Shown: positions 61,378-64,000 of the stretch, piece by piece
Position numbering within the stretch: the first letter of the stretch is position 1
Layout: every line of letters starts with the position of its first letter
From: Escherichia coli 042
GTDB taxonomy: Bacteria; Pseudomonadota; Gammaproteobacteria; Enterobacterales; Enterobacteriaceae
Assembly: GCF_000027125.1 (NCBI RefSeq)
Contig: NC_017626.1
Reading direction: 5' to 3' (one strand)
Length of the DNA stretch: 64,000 nt
Made by a program: the position numbers and the translations under genes
The notes under the pieces: generated by a model
The model's input: the letters and a program-made list of their open reading frames with translations, nothing else
Databases searched by the model: none
Told to the model about the DNA's origin: nothing

Positions 61378-62781
61378 TTAAACAATGCGAAACGCATCAA
61401 CTAATACACAGCGACGCAGACGGACAAACGTACGCGCGCTGGTTACCCCTTCACCGGTTGGCGTGGTGATGGTCATGGTGGTCCAGCCTTCCCCGCCCAG
61501 CCCCAGCCCGGCAATGCACGGTCCGTTCTTAACGAAAATGCTGGTATCAATGGCGTTCGCCATCTGGTTCATGTTCTCGATGTTGCGCGAGTGCATTGCC
61601 GCCGTGTGATGGCAACCGCCTTCCAGTTTCACCGCCAGCGCAATGGCATCCGCCACGTTGGCGACGCGCACGACGGGCAGCACCGGCATCATCAGTTCGG
61701 TCACGGCAAACGGATGTTCTGCAGTGGTTTCCACAAACAGCAAACGCGTTTCTTGCGGCACGTTCAGGCCGATTGCCGCCGCGATTTTCGCCGCATCGCG
61801 ACCTACCCAGTCACGGCTGACGGTGCCTTTTCCGCGCTCGTCGATATTTTTCAGCAACACCGGTTGCAGCTGCTGCGCCTGTTCTGCGGTCAGTTTCACC
61901 GCGTGCTGGCCTTCCATCAGACGCATCAGTTCATCGGCTACGCTATCAACAACAATCAGTACCTTTTCGTCGGCACAAATGATGTTGTTATCGAAAGAAG
62001 CGCCTTTGACGATGGACTGAGCGGCACGGGCGAGGTCGGCGGTTTCATCCACCACTACCGGCGGGTTGCCAGCGCCTGCGGCAATCAGACGTTTATTGGT
62101 GTGTTTACGCGCCGCTTCTACTACCGCTTCGCCGCCCGTCACCACCAAAAGGCCGATGCCCGGAAACTTGAATAAGCGTTGCGCGGTTTCGATATCCGGA
62201 TTTGCCACAGTAACCAGTAAGTTTTCCGGCCCGCCTGCGGCAACAATCGCCTGGTTGAGCAGCGTGATCGCCCGCTGGGAGACTTTTTTCGCCGCCGGAT
62301 GCGGGGCAAAAATGACGCTGTTGCCCGCGGCAATCAGGCTGATGGCGTTGTTAATTACGGTTGCCGCCGGGTTAGTGGAAGGCGTCACCGAAGCCACCAC
62401 GCCCCAGGGCGCGTTTTCAATTAAAGTCAGGCCGTTGTCGCCGGTCAGCACCTGTGGTGAGAGGCACTCAACGCCTGGTGTGCCGCACGCCTGAGCGACG
62501 TTTTTGGCAAATTTATCTTCGACGCGGCCCATGCCGGTTTCACTGACGGCAAGTTCCGCTAAATCTCTGGCGTGTTTTTCGCCTGCCTCACGAATGGCAG
62601 CAATGGCTAACTGGCGCATTGCCACGCTTTTTAACCCTTGCTGGGCAATTTTGGCTGCCGCAACGGCGTCATCCAGGGACGCGAAAACGCCCATCTCATG
62701 AACGGCGGCGGGCGGCGTATCACTGCTTTGCATTTTCAGCAGTACCGCTTTCACCACCTGTTCAATATCCTGTTGATTCAT
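61378..62781 (-). CDS. eutE: CoA-acylating acetaldehyde dehydrogenase
   Basis: 467-aa ORF recognised as EutE. Confidence 0.95.
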   Translation of the reverse strand: MNQQDIEQVVKAVLLKMQSSDTPPAAVHEMGVFASLDDAVAAAKIAQQGLKSVAMRQLAIAAIREAGEKHARDLAELAVSETGMGRVEDKFAKNVAQACGTPGVECLSPQVLTGDNGLTLIENAPWGVVASVTPSTNPAATVINNAISLIAAGNSVIFAPHPAAKKVSQRAITLLNQAIVAAGGPENLLVTVANPDIETAQRLFKFPGIGLLVVTGGEAVVEAARKHTNKRLIAAGAGNPPVVVDETADLARAAQSIVKGASFDNNIICADEKVLIVVDSVADELMRLMEGQHAVKLTAEQAQQLQPVLLKNIDERGKGTVSRDWVGRDAAKIAAAIGLNVPQETRLLFVETTAEHPFAVTELMMPVLPVVRVANVADAIALAVKLEGGCHHTAAMHSRNIENMNQMANAIDTSIFVKNGPCIAGLGLGGEGWTTMTITTPTGEGVTSARTFVRLRRCVLVDAFRIV

Positions 62782-62792
62782 GATGTTCTGCC

Positions 62793-63080
62793 TTATTTGT
62801 GGAAAATTACCTGACCGCCAGACACCACCTCATCGACGATGCCAATCACGCACAGATCGACCGGTGACGTTTCGCTTTTATGCGCCTGGCGGGCGGAACT
62901 GCCACTCACCAGCAACACCCACTCCCCGGTTCCCGCGCCAATATTGTCGATTGCGACGGCGCATTGCCCGTCAGGATTACCTTGTGGATCAATCATTTCC
63001 ACCATCAGCAATTTGTCATGCGCCAGTCCGTGATGGCGTACGGTACAAACAATTTGTCCAGTGACGACTGCCAGTTTCAT
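62793..63080 (-). CDS. eutN: microcompartment vertex protein (EutN/CcmL family)
   Basis: 95-aa ORF MKLAVVTGQIVCTVRH... Confidence 0.93.
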   Translation of the reverse strand: MKLAVVTGQIVCTVRHHGLAHDKLLMVEMIDPQGNPDGQCAVAIDNIGAGTGEWVLLVSGSSARQAHKSETSPVDLCVIGIVDEVVSGGQVIFHK

Positions 63081-63186
63081 ACCCGCCTCCGTGGCGTATT
63101 TCAGGTAAAAGCTCCCCCTACCCTCCGCGGAAGGTAAACTGAAAAATGAGAGAGCGTGACGCCCGAATCGACGTCACACAGGGTGA

Positions 63187-63480
63187 TTACAGGTTGCTGC
63201 TATCGCCTTTCAGGCCGATCGGGAAGACTTCTTCCAGGTCGCCGTGCGGACGCGGGATAACGTGTACAGATACCAGCTCGCCGATACGCTGTGCCGCTGC
63301 AGCACCTGCGTCGGTCGCGGCTTTACAGGCTGCAACATCACCACGAACCATGGCAGTACACAGGCCGCCGCCAATCTGCTTAACACCAACCAGCTTGACG
63401 CGCGCAGCTTTCACCATCGCGTCAGAAGCCTCAATCAGTGCAACCAGGCCCCGGGTTTCGATCATTCCTAATGCTTCCAT
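63187..63480 (-). CDS. eutM: major microcompartment shell protein EutM (BMC domain)
   Basis: ORF 63187..63522 trimmed to ATG 63480 ([18 protein letters not shown]...) with AGAGGA SD; 97 aa. Confidence 0.93.
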   Translation of the reverse strand: MEALGMIETRGLVALIEASDAMVKAARVKLVGVKQIGGGLCTAMVRGDVAACKAATDAGAAAAQRIGELVSVHVIPRPHGDLEEVFPIGLKGDSSNL

Positions 63481-63518
63481 TGTGCTTTCCTCTTTATCAG
63501 GGTCCAGAACGGGACCGT

Positions 63519-64000
63519 TCATTCAACCAGTGTTTGTAAACTGCTTTCGCGGTTCACTTCTGTCTGACGCGGCACAGCTGCCACCAGCGCCAGTTCGATA
63601 ATTTCCTGCACGCTACAACCACGAGAGAGATCGTGCATCGGCGCGGCAAGTCCTTGTATCAATGGCCCGACGGCACGATATCCGCCGAGTCGTTGTGCGA
63701 TTTTGTAGCCAATATTTCCGGCTTCCAGCGACGGAAAAACCATCACATTGGCCTTGCCTTGTAGCGGGCTGGCAGGCGCTTTTTGCGCCGCCACTTCCGG
63801 CACGAAGGCGGCGTCAAACTGCAACTCGCCATCGACTACCAACTGCGGCGCGCGCTCACGGACGATTTCTGTCGCCTGCTGGACATTGGCAACGCAGGGG
63901 TGACGGGCGCTGCCGTTACTGGAAAACGACAACATCGCCACGCGCGGCTCTTCTCCGGTGATGGCGCGCCAGGTTTCGGCGCTGGCAAGCGCGATATCCG
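63519..64000 (-). CDS. eutD: phosphotransacetylase, 3-prime portion only (gene continues past the window edge)
   Basis: open frame from stop at 63519 to the window edge; C-terminal Pta-like sequence ([24 protein letters not shown]...). Confidence 0.85.
   Translation of the reverse strand, partial: DIALASAETWRAITGEEPRVAMLSFSSNGSARHPCVANVQQATEIVRERAPQLVVDGELQFDAAFVPEVAAQKAPASPLQGKANVMVFPSLEAGNIGYKIAQRLGGYRAVGPLIQGLAAPMHDLSRGCSVQEIIELALVAAVPRQTEVNRESSLQTLVE

Overview
This window is a conserved Escherichia coli-type core chromosome segment, collinear with the K-12 map from lpxP to eutD, and I did not find a convincing new multi-gene system in it. Gene identities were recognised by reading the supplied ORF translations; all K-12 comparisons are from memory, and no database search was run. 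Content in order: lpxP, ypdK, alaC, the ypdABC two-component locus, the cryptic fry PTS/peptidase operon, glk, yfeO, ypeC, mntH, nupC, pdeA, two tRNA-Ala, yfeC/yfeD, gltX, three tRNA-Val plus tRNA-Lys, a small orphan ORF, yfeR/yfeH, ypeB-ligA-zipA, cysZ, cysK-ptsHI-crr, pdxK, yfeK/yfeS, cysPUWAM, ucpA, murR/murQP, yfeXYZ, ypeA, amiA, hemF and the eut operon from eutR to a partial eutD. Every recognised gene appears intact. The points worth a second look are four differences from K-12: no IS186 between nupC and pdeA; xapRBA-yfeN replaced next to lysV by a 113-aa Q-rich coiled-coil ORF; yfeW reduced to a 29-codon remnant; and eutB directly abutting eutA with no CPZ-55 prophage. There is also a five-unit REP/BIME array inside the eut operon and several known-but-uncharacterised loci (fry operon, yfeC/yfeD, yfeK/yfeS).
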